From the NCBI GenBank assembly GCA_964482915.1, contig CAYZYU010000002.1, forward strand, positions 3,339 through 67,338: a stretch of DNA of 64,000 nt, read 5' to 3'. The stretch is from Candidatus Woesearchaeota archaeon. GTDB lineage: Archaea > Nanobdellota > Nanobdellia > Pacearchaeales > GW2011-AR1. Of the stretch, positions 46,396 to 56,280 are shown one piece after another. The stretch's first letter is position 1; every line of letters starts with the position of its first letter. The position numbers and the translations under genes are program-made. The notes under the pieces were generated by a model. That model had not been told where the DNA came from. It did not search any database and was given only the letters and a program-made list of their open reading frames with translations.

Positions 46396-46695
46396 CTAGT
46401 CCTCTATTGAGTTGTTCTCGAATCCCATCTTGATAAGAAGAGGTTTTATCTTCTTCATGTGGTCTCCTTGAAGCTCTATGGCGTTATTCTTGAAGGTTCC
46501 GCCACAAGCTAGCTCATTTTTTAGAGCCTTTGTGACCTTCTTCACATCGACGCCTTTATCGAATCCGCTGACAACTGTAACAATTTTTCCGTATCTTTTC
46601 TTGTCTGTTGTTACACTTATTCTCTGCGAACCCCGTGTGAGGTTTTCCCATTCTATTGCCTGTAACGGCAATCCTGTTTTCGGGTCTATTTCCAT
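46396..46695 (-). CDS. translation initiation factor SUI1 (aSUI1/eIF1 homolog)
   Basis: RYGKIVTVVSGFD...ELACGGTFKNNAIELQGDH. Located between L29 and S17. Confidence 0.8.
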   Translation of the reverse strand: MEIDPKTGLPLQAIEWENLTRGSQRISVTTDKKRYGKIVTVVSGFDKGVDVKKVTKALKNELACGGTFKNNAIELQGDHMKKIKPLLIKMGFENNSIED

Positions 46696-46698
46696 AGT

Positions 46699-46890
46699 TT
46701 ATTTTTTTTCAATACCTCCCTTAGAGGCATTGATTGTTAATATTTTTGCTATTGTTTTTTTAATTTCTCTTGCGTTTGAACCGCTTGTATTTGTTGACTT
46801 TGTTTTTGATTTTATAAGTTCTAATTTTAAATCTTTAAGTTTTCTCTCTCTTTCTTCTCTGCTCATTTTAGTTATTTCTTTGTATTTCAT
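46699..46890 (-). CDS. rpl29: 50S ribosomal protein L29 (uL29)
   Basis: MSREERERKLKDLKLELIKSK helical protein after S3. Confidence 0.75.
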   Translation of the reverse strand: MKYKEITKMSREERERKLKDLKLELIKSKTKSTNTSGSNAREIKKTIAKILTINASKGGIEKK

Positions 46891-46892
46891 TT

Positions 46893-47567
46893 TCAGGCTT
46901 TTTTACTCCTTTTTGTTTTTTTAACTGGTTTGCTTTCAAATCCTTGTTCATTAATTTTTAGTTTGGTCCTTAATTCATCGTTTATAAATATCTTATCTTT
47001 TAAGATTGCATGTGGAGAGAGGATACTTACTTTTATTCCTACTGTTCCTGGTTTTGTTTCTGCTCTAGATTGTGCTCTATCTACAACCTTTGCACTATCT
47101 CCTGTTTTCTTAAGATATCCTTGAGCAAATCTCCAAGTCTTAGCTCTTGAACTAGGTAACTTTCCGCTTAATCTTATCTCACATCCAAGTGCTCCTGCCT
47201 TCATTACTCTGTCTAGGCTCTTGTAAGCTAATATCTTGAATTTTAATGGGCCGAATCTTTCCAATCCTAATGCTATTTCATCTGCAACAACTTGAGCATC
47301 AAATTCTGGTTCAGTTATCTCTTCTACATCAAGATGAAGATTCTCAAACTTAAAATTTTTTCTTAAATGGTCTGTTATTTCATTCAATTTTTCTCCACCC
47401 TTACCAATAATTAATCCAGGTTTACTTGTTGAAATGATTATTTTCTCTCCAACAGGAGTATATTCTATTCTTACTTTGCTAACTTTTCCCTTTCCAAGCA
47501 TCTTTTTTACAGATTCTTTAATAGCAAATTCTTCCTTCTTGAATTTTACAGTCTGTTTTTCTTCCAT
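46893..47567 (-). CDS. rps3: 30S ribosomal protein S3 (uS3)
   Basis: KH domain GKGGEKLNEITDHL plus uS3 C-terminal domain. Confidence 0.85.
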   Translation of the reverse strand: MEEKQTVKFKKEEFAIKESVKKMLGKGKVSKVRIEYTPVGEKIIISTSKPGLIIGKGGEKLNEITDHLRKNFKFENLHLDVEEITEPEFDAQVVADEIALGLERFGPLKFKILAYKSLDRVMKAGALGCEIRLSGKLPSSRAKTWRFAQGYLKKTGDSAKVVDRAQSRAETKPGTVGIKVSILSPHAILKDKIFINDELRTKLKINEQGFESKPVKKTKRSKKA

Positions 47568-47573
47568 ATTAAT

Positions 47574-48236
47574 TTATTTTTTCTTCTCCTTGTTTTTATT
47601 TTCTTTAATCTTCATTTCAACTGCTCTTAAAGTTATATGCGTTCTTTTTCTTCTTACTCTTCCGAATCTTCCTCTTGGAGCAGGAGCCCAATTTGCTCTA
47701 GCTTCTACAATTATTGGTTCAAGTATCTCATGATTATTTGCATTTCCTGCAAGACTCTTTAGTAAGACTATAAAATGTTTTGCTGCTCTTTGTGGATATC
47801 TTCCTGAACTCATTCCTTTTCCTTTTTTATGAGCATATTCTCCTTTCATAGGAATAGCTTTTTTTAACATTGTAACTTGTTCCAAATCTCTTATTGCATC
47901 TCCTATTCTTTTTCCCTTTACAAATTTACAGATATTCATTGCATATTTTGTTGAAACCGGAACACTTGTTGCATTAACATAAACTTCTTCTTTCTTTATT
48001 TTTTTAACAGTTTTTTTTATTTCTCCTTTTTCATGTTTTTCTTTTTTATCTTCAGTTTTTTGTACTTCTTCTTTTGTTATTTCTTCAGATTCTTTTTCTC
48101 CTTCTATCTTTTCTTCAATTTTATCTTCTTGTTTTGGAGTCTTTTCTTTAGGAGTATTATCTGCTAATTTTGTCTTCGACTGTTTACTCATTGCATTTCT
48201 TTCTTTTTGGTTTGGATTATAGTTTTTTTCTGTCAT
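47574..48236 (-). CDS. rpl22: 50S ribosomal protein L22 (uL22) with about 85-aa Lys/Glu-rich N-terminal extension
   Basis: Core ATSVPVSTKYAMNICKFVKGKRIGDAIRDLEQV. The extension is low-complexity KE-rich. Confidence 0.8.
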   Translation of the reverse strand: MTEKNYNPNQKERNAMSKQSKTKLADNTPKEKTPKQEDKIEEKIEGEKESEEITKEEVQKTEDKKEKHEKGEIKKTVKKIKKEEVYVNATSVPVSTKYAMNICKFVKGKRIGDAIRDLEQVTMLKKAIPMKGEYAHKKGKGMSSGRYPQRAAKHFIVLLKSLAGNANNHEILEPIIVEARANWAPAPRGRFGRVRRKRTHITLRAVEMKIKENKNKEKKK

Positions 48237-48238
48237 TT

Positions 48239-48634
48239 TTACTTCTTAGCCTTGTGTTTACTTCCTTTTGTAGCACCTATTCCTGCTTTACTATGGGCAA
48301 CTTTTGATCTAGTCCCTGCCATTTCACCTAATCTATGTCCAAGCATTTCAGGTTCTATAAGTATGGGAATAAAAGTCTTACCGTTGTGAATTTGTATATT
48401 CATACCAACCATTTGAGGAACAATTATTATATCTCTATGGTGTGTTCTGATTTTTTTACCCTTCTCTAATTTTGTTTTTGCTCTTTTTACAAAATCTTCT
48501 ATTGATTGAAAATTTCTAAGGACAGTTCTTTTTTGTCTTGAAGGAAGATACTTTGCGAATTCACGGACTTCTAACTCTTTTAGTTCTTCAACTGACTTTC
48601 CTCGATATATAAATTGTTTTTTTTGTATTTCCAT
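48239..48634 (-). CDS. rps19: 30S ribosomal protein S19 (uS19)
   Basis: HHRDIIIVPQMVGMNIQIHNGKTF...GHRLGE. Confidence 0.85.
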   Translation of the reverse strand: MEIQKKQFIYRGKSVEELKELEVREFAKYLPSRQKRTVLRNFQSIEDFVKRAKTKLEKGKKIRTHHRDIIIVPQMVGMNIQIHNGKTFIPILIEPEMLGHRLGEMAGTRSKVAHSKAGIGATKGSKHKAKK

Positions 48635-48644
48635 TTTAATCTGA

Positions 48645-49340
48645 TTACTTCATCTTACCTGTTCTTCTTGGCCTTATTAATCCTACCCTCTTTCCGGCAG
48701 GAGCATTTCTCTTTGCAATCTTGCTCTTGATATTCTTTCCTCTACCTGAACCGAAAGGATGATCAATCACATTCATTTTAAGAGCACTTGTTCTAGGCCA
48801 TAATTTATTTCTAGCTTTTTTAATATAATGATTCTTTCCTGCTTTTATAATTGGCTTTTCTAATCTTCCATGTCCTGCGACTTGCCCCACTATCGCCCTA
48901 CATTTGCCATTGAATGCTTTTTCTTTCTTTGAAGGAAGCATTAATAGTATTTTATCTCCAATTATTCTTGTTACTATAGCCACATTTCCCCCTGCTTTTA
49001 TGAATTTTCCACCATCTCCAGGACGAGCTTCAATACAATAAACTTCTGTTTTCACAGGTATCTTTTCTAAATGAAGAATGTTTCCTGGTTGCACTTCTTC
49101 ATTAAAAAATATTTTTTGTCCTTCCACCATTCCTTTAAATGCAGGAATATAGAATGAACCCCCATTATAAACAACTTTAGCTAATGGTGCAGAATGTGCA
49201 GGCGAATTCAAGAGTTTTACTACTTTCCCTTCTCCTTCAAGCACTTTCGGATATCTAATTTTATATACAAAAGCTGTAGGTTTCACTCTATAGGTTGAGC
49301 TTCCATGCCCTCGTGCCTGTTGAATAATTCTCTTTCCCAT
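48645..49340 (-). CDS. rpl2: 50S ribosomal protein L2 (uL2)
   Basis: GRNAPAGKRVGLIRPRRTG and GGNVAIVT motifs. Confidence 0.9.
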   Translation of the reverse strand: MGKRIIQQARGHGSSTYRVKPTAFVYKIRYPKVLEGEGKVVKLLNSPAHSAPLAKVVYNGGSFYIPAFKGMVEGQKIFFNEEVQPGNILHLEKIPVKTEVYCIEARPGDGGKFIKAGGNVAIVTRIIGDKILLMLPSKKEKAFNGKCRAIVGQVAGHGRLEKPIIKAGKNHYIKKARNKLWPRTSALKMNVIDHPFGSGRGKNIKSKIAKRNAPAGKRVGLIRPRRTGKMK

Positions 49341-49388
49341 GTTGTTTTTGTTTTATTCTACCATCGTAGGTTCTTTTTAAGAACCCCG

Positions 49389-49631
49389 TTACATTAGCCC
49401 CAATTTCGTTGCAATGTCTATTGCAAGATATTTTTTATTTAATTTAACATACGCTGTTTTATGGTTGTTTCTTACATTTGTTCTTATCTTTTCAACCTTA
49501 ACTTTGAATAACTCTTCAATTTCTTTCTTTATCTCAGGTTTTGTTGTTTTTTCATCTACTAAAAAAGTAAGGATATTTTCAGCTTCAACTTTCATTATTG
49601 CTTTTTCTGTTGCTATTGGTTTTAAGTTCAT
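49389..49631 (-). CDS. rpl23: 50S ribosomal protein L23 (uL23)
   Basis: 80 aa, ATEKAIMKVEAENILTFLV...KVKVEKIRT. Confidence 0.8.
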   Translation of the reverse strand: MNLKPIATEKAIMKVEAENILTFLVDEKTTKPEIKKEIEELFKVKVEKIRTNVRNNHKTAYVKLNKKYLAIDIATKLGLM

Positions 49632-50395
49632 TTTTTATTCTCCTTTGATTTTGTATTAAATCTGTTTTCTAATTCCTTAACTGCATTTTCGGTGTAGACT
49701 GCAACTCTTCCCAGCCCTCCATTTGCCAAATCCATAACACTTAATTCATTTGCATTTTTAACATCAAAAAATCCTGTCTTTAATTTTTCGTCTTTTCCTA
49801 GGACAAAGATCATCCCAGCATTAGACTTATATTTTCTTCCTCTTAATTTACCTTTTCCAGCCCTTATTGATTTTTCTTTTATTGAAATACTGTAGAGATT
49901 TCCTAAAATATTTTTTAATTCTTCAAGCATTTTCTTTGCTTTATGTTTTGTGAATTCAGAAGAGACAACAAATGGTGCCTTTTTATCTAATTTTTCTAAG
50001 GTTGAATATTTTTTAATAATATATTTTTCAGAAGCAGTTGCAGCAATTGATGAAAGGAATGCAATTTCTAATTCTTTCTTGTTTATCTTTAGATTTCTTG
50101 TGAATTGCGTTATCTTTGGAGGATGAGCTCTCATACCTCCTTTAGCCTGAGGTACTTCAGCAGCCTGCCAGTTGAATTGAGAACCTCTTCTTGAGAATAT
50201 TTTTCTTGGGACTCTAGATTGACCACGTCCATAACCACTTCTCCAGACATGTCTTGCATGAACAATTAATCCTTTCGCTGAATGCTGTTTTCCTCCAACA
50301 GGAGAATTTGAATATGGCTGCTGTTTCTTCTTTGTCTCAAGAACTTTTGCAACAACATCTTCTCTTATTGGTGATTCGAATATCTTTGATTTCAT
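49628..50395 (-). CDS. rpl4: 50S ribosomal protein L4 (uL4)
   Basis: GRGQSRVPRK...AGKGKLRGRKYK. Confidence 0.85.
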   Translation of the reverse strand: MKSKIFESPIREDVVAKVLETKKKQQPYSNSPVGGKQHSAKGLIVHARHVWRSGYGRGQSRVPRKIFSRRGSQFNWQAAEVPQAKGGMRAHPPKITQFTRNLKINKKELEIAFLSSIAATASEKYIIKKYSTLEKLDKKAPFVVSSEFTKHKAKKMLEELKNILGNLYSISIKEKSIRAGKGKLRGRKYKSNAGMIFVLGKDEKLKTGFFDVKNANELSVMDLANGGLGRVAVYTENAVKELENRFNTKSKENKK

Positions 50396-51345
50396 TTTTT
50401 AACCTCCACAAATTCAAACACTTTTTTCTTCTGCATCTTGCTTGGTCTTAAAGGAGAAGTTAGAAGAATCTGCCTTTTTGCAGGTCCCTGAACACTTCCA
50501 TATAAAATTATATAATCTGTTTTTATATTTCCATAATTCTTTATATCTTTAAGCTGATTTTCAGCATCTTCTGCTTTTATTATTGTTAATATCTTTTGAT
50601 TATAATTTACTCTTGTGAACATCCCTAATTGCCCTGCCATAGGAACATGGAAAGTTACACGAGCAGGATGCCAAGGTCCAATACTACCAACTTTTCTAAC
50701 ACCCTTTTCAGACTTATGAAATCTTAGTGTTATACCAAATCTTTTCACAGGCCCTGCAAATCCTTTTCCTTTTGTTAACCCTCTTACATCAATTAATTCT
50801 CCATTTGCAAATACCTCGCTGATAAGCATCTCTTTATTAAGATGAGCTTTTATGAAATTTATTTTTTCGTCAAGTGTCCCAGTTAATCCAATTTCAGTCA
50901 AGTCAGGTGTCTTTTTTACATTTGTTTTTTTAACTTGAGAATAAGCAATTATTGACACATCTTCATATCCTTCCACCTTTAAGTTTTCTGCATGATTCTT
51001 CCCTTGTTTAGGTAATTTAAGAGTTTTTTTTAATTCTTTGTCAATGTGCTCAGCAAGAATGTCTTTAGCAACTTTACCATCTTTATAGAATCTTATTGAG
51101 AATATTTTCATTGGAGGGCATTCAAGCACTGTTGAAGGGATTATTATTTTCTTGTCCTTAGTCATAGAATTTGGAGTTAAATCCTTAACTTCAACAGAAA
51201 ACATTCCAGATTTATATCCAATAAATCCTTTAATATTTTTTCCAGAATTAATTGCCTTCCAGTTTACACTAGGCAAAAATTTACTGACCCTCTTTCTTGG
51301 CCAGAACTGCAGACTTCCTTTTCTCGGTGATTTTGGCGGTGCCAT
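50392..51345 (-). CDS. rpl3: 50S ribosomal protein L3 (uL3)
   Basis: PRKGSLQFWPRKRV...GKGFAGPVKRFG. First gene of the operon. Confidence 0.9.
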   Translation of the reverse strand: MAPPKSPRKGSLQFWPRKRVSKFLPSVNWKAINSGKNIKGFIGYKSGMFSVEVKDLTPNSMTKDKKIIIPSTVLECPPMKIFSIRFYKDGKVAKDILAEHIDKELKKTLKLPKQGKNHAENLKVEGYEDVSIIAYSQVKKTNVKKTPDLTEIGLTGTLDEKINFIKAHLNKEMLISEVFANGELIDVRGLTKGKGFAGPVKRFGITLRFHKSEKGVRKVGSIGPWHPARVTFHVPMAGQLGMFTRVNYNQKILTIIKAEDAENQLKDIKNYGNIKTDYIILYGSVQGPAKRQILLTSPLRPSKMQKKKVFEFVEVKK

Positions 51346-51441
51346 TTCTTATGTTTGTTAATAGTGCGGATATCATTTTATCCTACCCTGGAATAATATT
51401 GTGAGAAAAAGAGGGTTTAAAAACCTTATTAATATGGGTTT

Positions 51442-52419
51442 TTGATGGTTCCCAAAGTGCTTATTTATCATACCGCAGTATCTGATAAATCTACACTAGA
51501 TGACAAGGATGTGTTGGATGAAGCAGCTTTTGTTTCAGAAGTTTTAATTAACACTGGTTATGATGTTGAAACAAGAGAATATAATGCACTTAAGGTTAAA
51601 CAGACTCTTGAAGAAATAAAGCCTTCTTTCATATTTAATCTTGTTGAGGCAATTAATGGCAAGGATTCCAGTGCTTACATTGCTCCAATGTCTTTTGAGA
51701 GACAAGGAATACCTTACACAGGATGCACTTTTAATTCTTTTCTTAAGACCCAAACAAAATTAGGTGCAAAGGAAATTATGAAATTAAAAGAAATTCCGAC
51801 TCCATACTGGCTTACCATAAAAGATTTAGGAAGAATGGACATCCCAAGAAAGAAATTCTTAATAAAATCTGATATAAATCATGCTTCTAAAGGTCTTGAG
51901 GCAAATCTCTTAGATGGAATAGATAAACTAAGAGATATTTTAAGGTATAAAGGAGAAGATTTCTTTGCCGAAGAGTATATTGAAGGAAGAGAGTTTAATG
52001 TTTCTCTCATTGGCCCTGTAGGAGATGGGAAAATTCTTCCAATTCCAGAGATAAAATTCGTTGACTGGCCAAATGGGAAACCTAAGATTGTAGATTATAA
52101 TGCAAAATGGAATGAAGGCTCTTTAGAATATAACAACACCTCAAGAAGTTTTGATCTTTCAGAAAGAGATAGTAAATTGTTTGAGAGTCTTGAAGATATC
52201 TCCAAAAAATGTTGGGATATCTTTAATTTAAGAGGATATGCTAGAGTTGATTTCAGAGTAGATGAAAATAATCAACCTTATGTCTTGGAGATAAATGCCA
52301 ATCCATGCATTTCTCCTGATGCAGGGTTTGTTGCAGCCTGCAAAAAAGCAGGTATGACAGAAGAAGAAATAATAAGAGGGATTATAAAAGATAGTTGTGG
52401 TGAAGAATTTGTAATTTAA
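51442..52419 (+). CDS. ATP-grasp enzyme, D-alanine--D-alanine ligase family-like
   Basis: EEYIEGREFNVSLIG and RVDFRVDENNQPYVLEINANPCIS match the Ddl signatures EEFIxGREFTV and RVDFFLDENGxxYLNEINTxPG. Confidence 0.6.
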   Translation: MMVPKVLIYHTAVSDKSTLDDKDVLDEAAFVSEVLINTGYDVETREYNALKVKQTLEEIKPSFIFNLVEAINGKDSSAYIAPMSFERQGIPYTGCTFNSFLKTQTKLGAKEIMKLKEIPTPYWLTIKDLGRMDIPRKKFLIKSDINHASKGLEANLLDGIDKLRDILRYKGEDFFAEEYIEGREFNVSLIGPVGDGKILPIPEIKFVDWPNGKPKIVDYNAKWNEGSLEYNNTSRSFDLSERDSKLFESLEDISKKCWDIFNLRGYARVDFRVDENNQPYVLEINANPCISPDAGFVAACKKAGMTEEEIIRGIIKDSCGEEFVI

Positions 52420-53123
52420 GCACTGAAGTCTATCGCTTTTTCAATCTTTTTTCCATCGATTTCAATTTTTCTAAGGATCTTTCCAACTCTCTTAGATTTT
52501 TCTCTTATTAATGCAAAATCCTGTGAATTTTTAAGTTCAGCGGGCACTTCTATATTACTAATTAAAAAATCATGGACTACTTTTGCAGCCTTAAATTCAG
52601 GAGTTTCAAATATGAAACTCTCAGCAAGTTTCTTATCAGTTGTCTTTAAATTACAAAAATCTATTTTTGGAGTTTCTTCTCCTTTTGTTCCAGGTTTTCC
52701 AGACTTAGGCGCTTTAGGTTTTATCTTCAATATCTCCTCTCCAACTGAGAAACTTAATGCAAAAAAGTTCTTTGGAAATTTATTTATTAAATCAATTATT
52801 TCTTTTCCAGACATTTCCTTTTCAATAGAATAATTCTTAACTCCTTGGAACTGAGAAATCTTTTTGAAATCCAAAATACCTTTAAGATCATTTGTCCCAA
52901 TTATTGAACCAGTAACTTGAGTCTTGTTGTTTCCTAATTTTTCAGCTAAATCTCTTACAAGCTCATTAGCAAATTCAGCAGAGGTCTTTATAGTATAATT
53001 TCCATTTGAGTTTTTAGCTTCAATAAGTGCTCTGTTCTTGAATTCTCCTTTTGAAAATTTCTGAAATTGTAAGTGTACCGACTCGTCAAAATTCTTATCT
53101 TGCACCTTTTTTATAAAATTCAT
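52416..53123 (-). CDS. hypothetical protein
   Basis: 235 aa, soluble, Lys-rich patch KPKAPKSGKPGTKGEE. No family recognised. Confidence 0.3.
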   Translation of the reverse strand: MNFIKKVQDKNFDESVHLQFQKFSKGEFKNRALIEAKNSNGNYTIKTSAEFANELVRDLAEKLGNNKTQVTGSIIGTNDLKGILDFKKISQFQGVKNYSIEKEMSGKEIIDLINKFPKNFFALSFSVGEEILKIKPKAPKSGKPGTKGEETPKIDFCNLKTTDKKLAESFIFETPEFKAAKVVHDFLISNIEVPAELKNSQDFALIREKSKRVGKILRKIEIDGKKIEKAIDFSA

Positions 53124-53263
53124 ATCTATCTTTCTTAAAACTAGTTTATAAACTTTTTCTGGTACTTGATTAGGGAATCACGTTTTATATTCATTAAATT
53201 TATAAATTAGATACGTTTGTCTTTATAAAGGAAAATTAATGAAAATATAGGAAAATCAAGAAT

Positions 53264-54313
53264 ATGGACGCTGAATACACAAAAAAAATAATGACTGCTT
53301 TAATTTTAGCTGTCCTTTTGGTATTATCTTTTTTATTAATTAGACCAATAATTATGTCCATAATTATTGGAGTTATCTTGGCGTTTATCTTTACACCAGT
53401 ACATGATTTTCTATTGAAGTATATTAAAAAAAAGAATTTAACAGCATTCTTATTGTGCTTGATTTTAATAGGAATAATTGTTGTACCTCTTTGGTATCTT
53501 ACTCCAATAGCAATAGATCAGTCAATAAAATTCTATGTACAATCACAAGATTTGGATTTTGTTACTCCCTTGAAGACAATTTTTCCATCTTTTTTTCAAT
53601 CTGAACAATTTTCAAATGAGATAGGACAAGCTTTACATTCTTTTGTAACAAAAACAACTAACTCTCTTATGAACTCTTTATCAAATGTAATCCTCAATTT
53701 TCCAACTTTGTTCTTGAAACTCTTAGTTGTATTTTTCACTTTCTTTTTTGTATTGAGAGATAAAGAAGATATGGCTGAGTATATTAAGAGCCTTCTTCCT
53801 TTCACAAAGGATGTTGAAAAAAGATTGTTCAAATCTTCTAAGGACTTAACATTATCAATACTTTATGGACAGGTTCTTTTAGGGATTCTACAGGGAATAA
53901 CTGCAGGAATTGGATTTTTCATATTCGGAGTTCCAAATGCTCTTTTATTGACACTTCTTGCAGCAGTTGCAGGAATTTTCCCTATTGTAGGAACAACCAT
54001 TGTTTGGATTCCTGTTGCAATATATATGCTTGTAGCAGGAAATACTGTAAATGCTTTAGGGGTGGTAATGTTCGGGTTAATATCTTCAGTTATTGAAGCA
54101 TTCTTCAAACCTATCTTTATATCTAGAAGATCAAAGATGAATTCTTCACTAATACTTTTCGGCATGGTCGGAGGCATATTATTATTCGGTTTATTAGGAA
54201 TAATTTTAGGCCCTTTAATATTAGCCTATCTTTTCATAGTTATTGAAGCATTCAGAAATAAAAAACTACCTGATGTGGTAATTAGTTCTCCTGAGAAATC
54301 AGAAAAAGAATAA
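53264..54313 (+). CDS. AI-2E family transporter (PerM/UPF0118) membrane protein
   Basis: 349 aa, about 8 TM helices with the characteristic central soluble loop and a Gly-rich TM pattern. Confidence 0.55.
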   Translation: MDAEYTKKIMTALILAVLLVLSFLLIRPIIMSIIIGVILAFIFTPVHDFLLKYIKKKNLTAFLLCLILIGIIVVPLWYLTPIAIDQSIKFYVQSQDLDFVTPLKTIFPSFFQSEQFSNEIGQALHSFVTKTTNSLMNSLSNVILNFPTLFLKLLVVFFTFFFVLRDKEDMAEYIKSLLPFTKDVEKRLFKSSKDLTLSILYGQVLLGILQGITAGIGFFIFGVPNALLLTLLAAVAGIFPIVGTTIVWIPVAIYMLVAGNTVNALGVVMFGLISSVIEAFFKPIFISRRSKMNSSLILFGMVGGILLFGLLGIILGPLILAYLFIVIEAFRNKKLPDVVISSPEKSEKE

Positions 54314-54360
54314 GTATAAAAATCAATTTTTAGATTATATAATTAAAAGAGTTAAAAAAG

Positions 54361-55848
54361 ATGGAATTAAAGGTTCGTTTATTACATTTGTCTGCAGGGA
54401 TTCCCGTAGCTATGGTTGGTCTTAAGACAGCAGAGTTAATGGGTATCCATGAGAATGATAGAGTTTCTATAGAGAAAATATCTTCAAGAAAAGACGGTAA
54501 TTTTTCAACAATAGTTGATATAGTAGATAAGATTGTAAAAGAAGGGGAAATAGGAATATCCTCAGAGATAAAAGAATCTTTTGATCTTTATGATAAGCAG
54601 TTAGTGGATGTTAATATTGCAAATCCTCCTAAAAGTTTAGAATATATAAGAAAAAAGGTTGATAAAAAAATACTTTCAAAACAAGAGATTAAAGAAATAA
54701 TAAAAGACATTGTAAATAATTCCCTTTCAGACCCAGAAATAGCTCTCTTTGTTTCCGGTATGTATGAAAATGGTATGAATTTTCAGGAGACAATTGATTT
54801 AATAGAATCTTTTGTTGAATCTGGAGAAAAATTATCTTTTAAAGGTAAATATATAGTAGATAAACACTGTATTGGAGGAATCCCTGGAAATAGGACCACT
54901 CCATTAGTTGTAGCAATATGTGCTGCAGCAGGACTCACGTTTCCTAAATCCTCTTCAAGAGCCATAACAAGTGCTGCAGGAACAGCAGATGTTATAAATG
55001 CAATAGCAAAAGTTGAATTTTCTAAAGAGGAGCTGAAAAAAATAATTGAGAAAACTGGCGCATTCATGATTTGGGGAGGAGCGATAGAATTTGTTCCAGC
55101 AGATTCAAAGATAATTAGGATCGAAAAGATGCTTAAAATAGATCCTAAAGCACAATTGCTGGCTTCAATACTTTCTAAGAAACTTGCTGTAGGAAGTAAA
55201 TATATCCTTATAGATATCCCTTATGGGAAAAATGCTAAAGTTAATAAAAAAGAAGGATTGAAATTAAAGAAATCTTTTGAAAAATATGGTAAACATTTCA
55301 AATTAAGACTCAAAGCAGTTTTAACAAGAGGAGACGAGCCCATAGGAAATGGTGTTGGTCCATTCTTAGAATTAGAAGATATAATTAGGGTTCTGGATCC
55401 TTCTAAAAAAGGTCCTGAAGATTTAAGGGAGAAATCTATTTTTTTAGCAGGACAAATTTTAGAGATGACAGGTAAGGCAAAGAAAGGAAAAGGAGAGAAG
55501 ATGGCCACAGAGATCCTTGACTCCGGAAAAGCATTTAAGAAATTCGAGCAGATAATTAAGGCCCAGAAAGGAAATATAAAGAACATGGAATTTGGAAAAT
55601 TTAGAAAAGATATTCTTGCAAACTCAAATTCTAAAATACTAGAGATAAATAATATAAAAATAAACCTCATGGCAAGGGTTGCAGGATGTCCAATTGACAA
55701 ATCTTCAGGTTTATACCTTTATCATCATGTTGGGAAGATATTAAAGAAAGGAGATAAAATTATTACAGTCTATGCAGAGTCCAAACCTAGGTTGAATGAA
55801 TCCCTAAAATATTATCTTAAGGAAAAACCAATAAAGTTTTCTAAATGA
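54361..55848 (+). CDS. deoA: AMP phosphorylase (thymidine phosphorylase family, DeoA-like)
   Basis: Collinear with archaeal AMPpase: HCIGGIPGNRTT, KSSSRAITSAAGTADV, ASILSKKLAVGSKYILIDIPYGK, the N-terminal AMPpase-specific extension, and GKGEKMATEILDSGKA. Confidence 0.8.
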   Translation: MELKVRLLHLSAGIPVAMVGLKTAELMGIHENDRVSIEKISSRKDGNFSTIVDIVDKIVKEGEIGISSEIKESFDLYDKQLVDVNIANPPKSLEYIRKKVDKKILSKQEIKEIIKDIVNNSLSDPEIALFVSGMYENGMNFQETIDLIESFVESGEKLSFKGKYIVDKHCIGGIPGNRTTPLVVAICAAAGLTFPKSSSRAITSAAGTADVINAIAKVEFSKEELKKIIEKTGAFMIWGGAIEFVPADSKIIRIEKMLKIDPKAQLLASILSKKLAVGSKYILIDIPYGKNAKVNKKEGLKLKKSFEKYGKHFKLRLKAVLTRGDEPIGNGVGPFLELEDIIRVLDPSKKGPEDLREKSIFLAGQILEMTGKAKKGKGEKMATEILDSGKAFKKFEQIIKAQKGNIKNMEFGKFRKDILANSNSKILEINNIKINLMARVAGCPIDKSSGLYLYHHVGKILKKGDKIITVYAESKPRLNESLKYYLKEKPIKFSK

Positions 55849-55882
55849 CAATTTTTTTAAACTTCATTTATCTCGATTTCAT

Positions 55883-56158
55883 ATGAGAACTGAAGAATAC
55901 AAAAATAGATTGACAGAATACTTCAAGAAAAATCTGAAAAAAGGATATACTGAAGAATCTCTTAAGTGGGCGTTGATTAATCAGGGATATTCAAGAACAA
56001 TGATAGATTCTGCTTTGGAGAGAACACATAAAGAACTAGCAGAAGAAGCTCCAGTGCTTAAGGAAAAGCCAACTATAAAATATGAAGTTCTTGATGAGAA
56101 CGATAAGCCTGTTGAAATAAAAAGGCCCTGGTGGAAGCGAATATTTGGATTGAATTAA
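55883..56158 (+). CDS. small hypothetical protein
   Basis: 91-aa charged ORF immediately after AMPpase. Confidence 0.25.
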   Translation: MRTEEYKNRLTEYFKKNLKKGYTEESLKWALINQGYSRTMIDSALERTHKELAEEAPVLKEKPTIKYEVLDENDKPVEIKRPWWKRIFGLN

Positions 56159-56280
56159 GTTTCTTAATTTTAATTTAATATAGTGCTACCTTAACAAATT
56201 TGAGTTAGAGATAATGATTCTATCCAAAACCAAATACTTTTAAATTAATTATTTCTGTTAATCTTAGTAGATTAGATAAT

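Noticed and set aside
37012-55700. Numerous antisense ORFs inside the ribosomal operon and AMPpase (for example 40228..40569, 42229..42552, 44614..44943, 46478..46924, 53863..54177, 55221..55700)
   Set aside because: The opposite strand of highly conserved ribosomal and AMPpase genes. Phe/Ser/Leu-rich reverse translations of Lys/Glu-rich genes.
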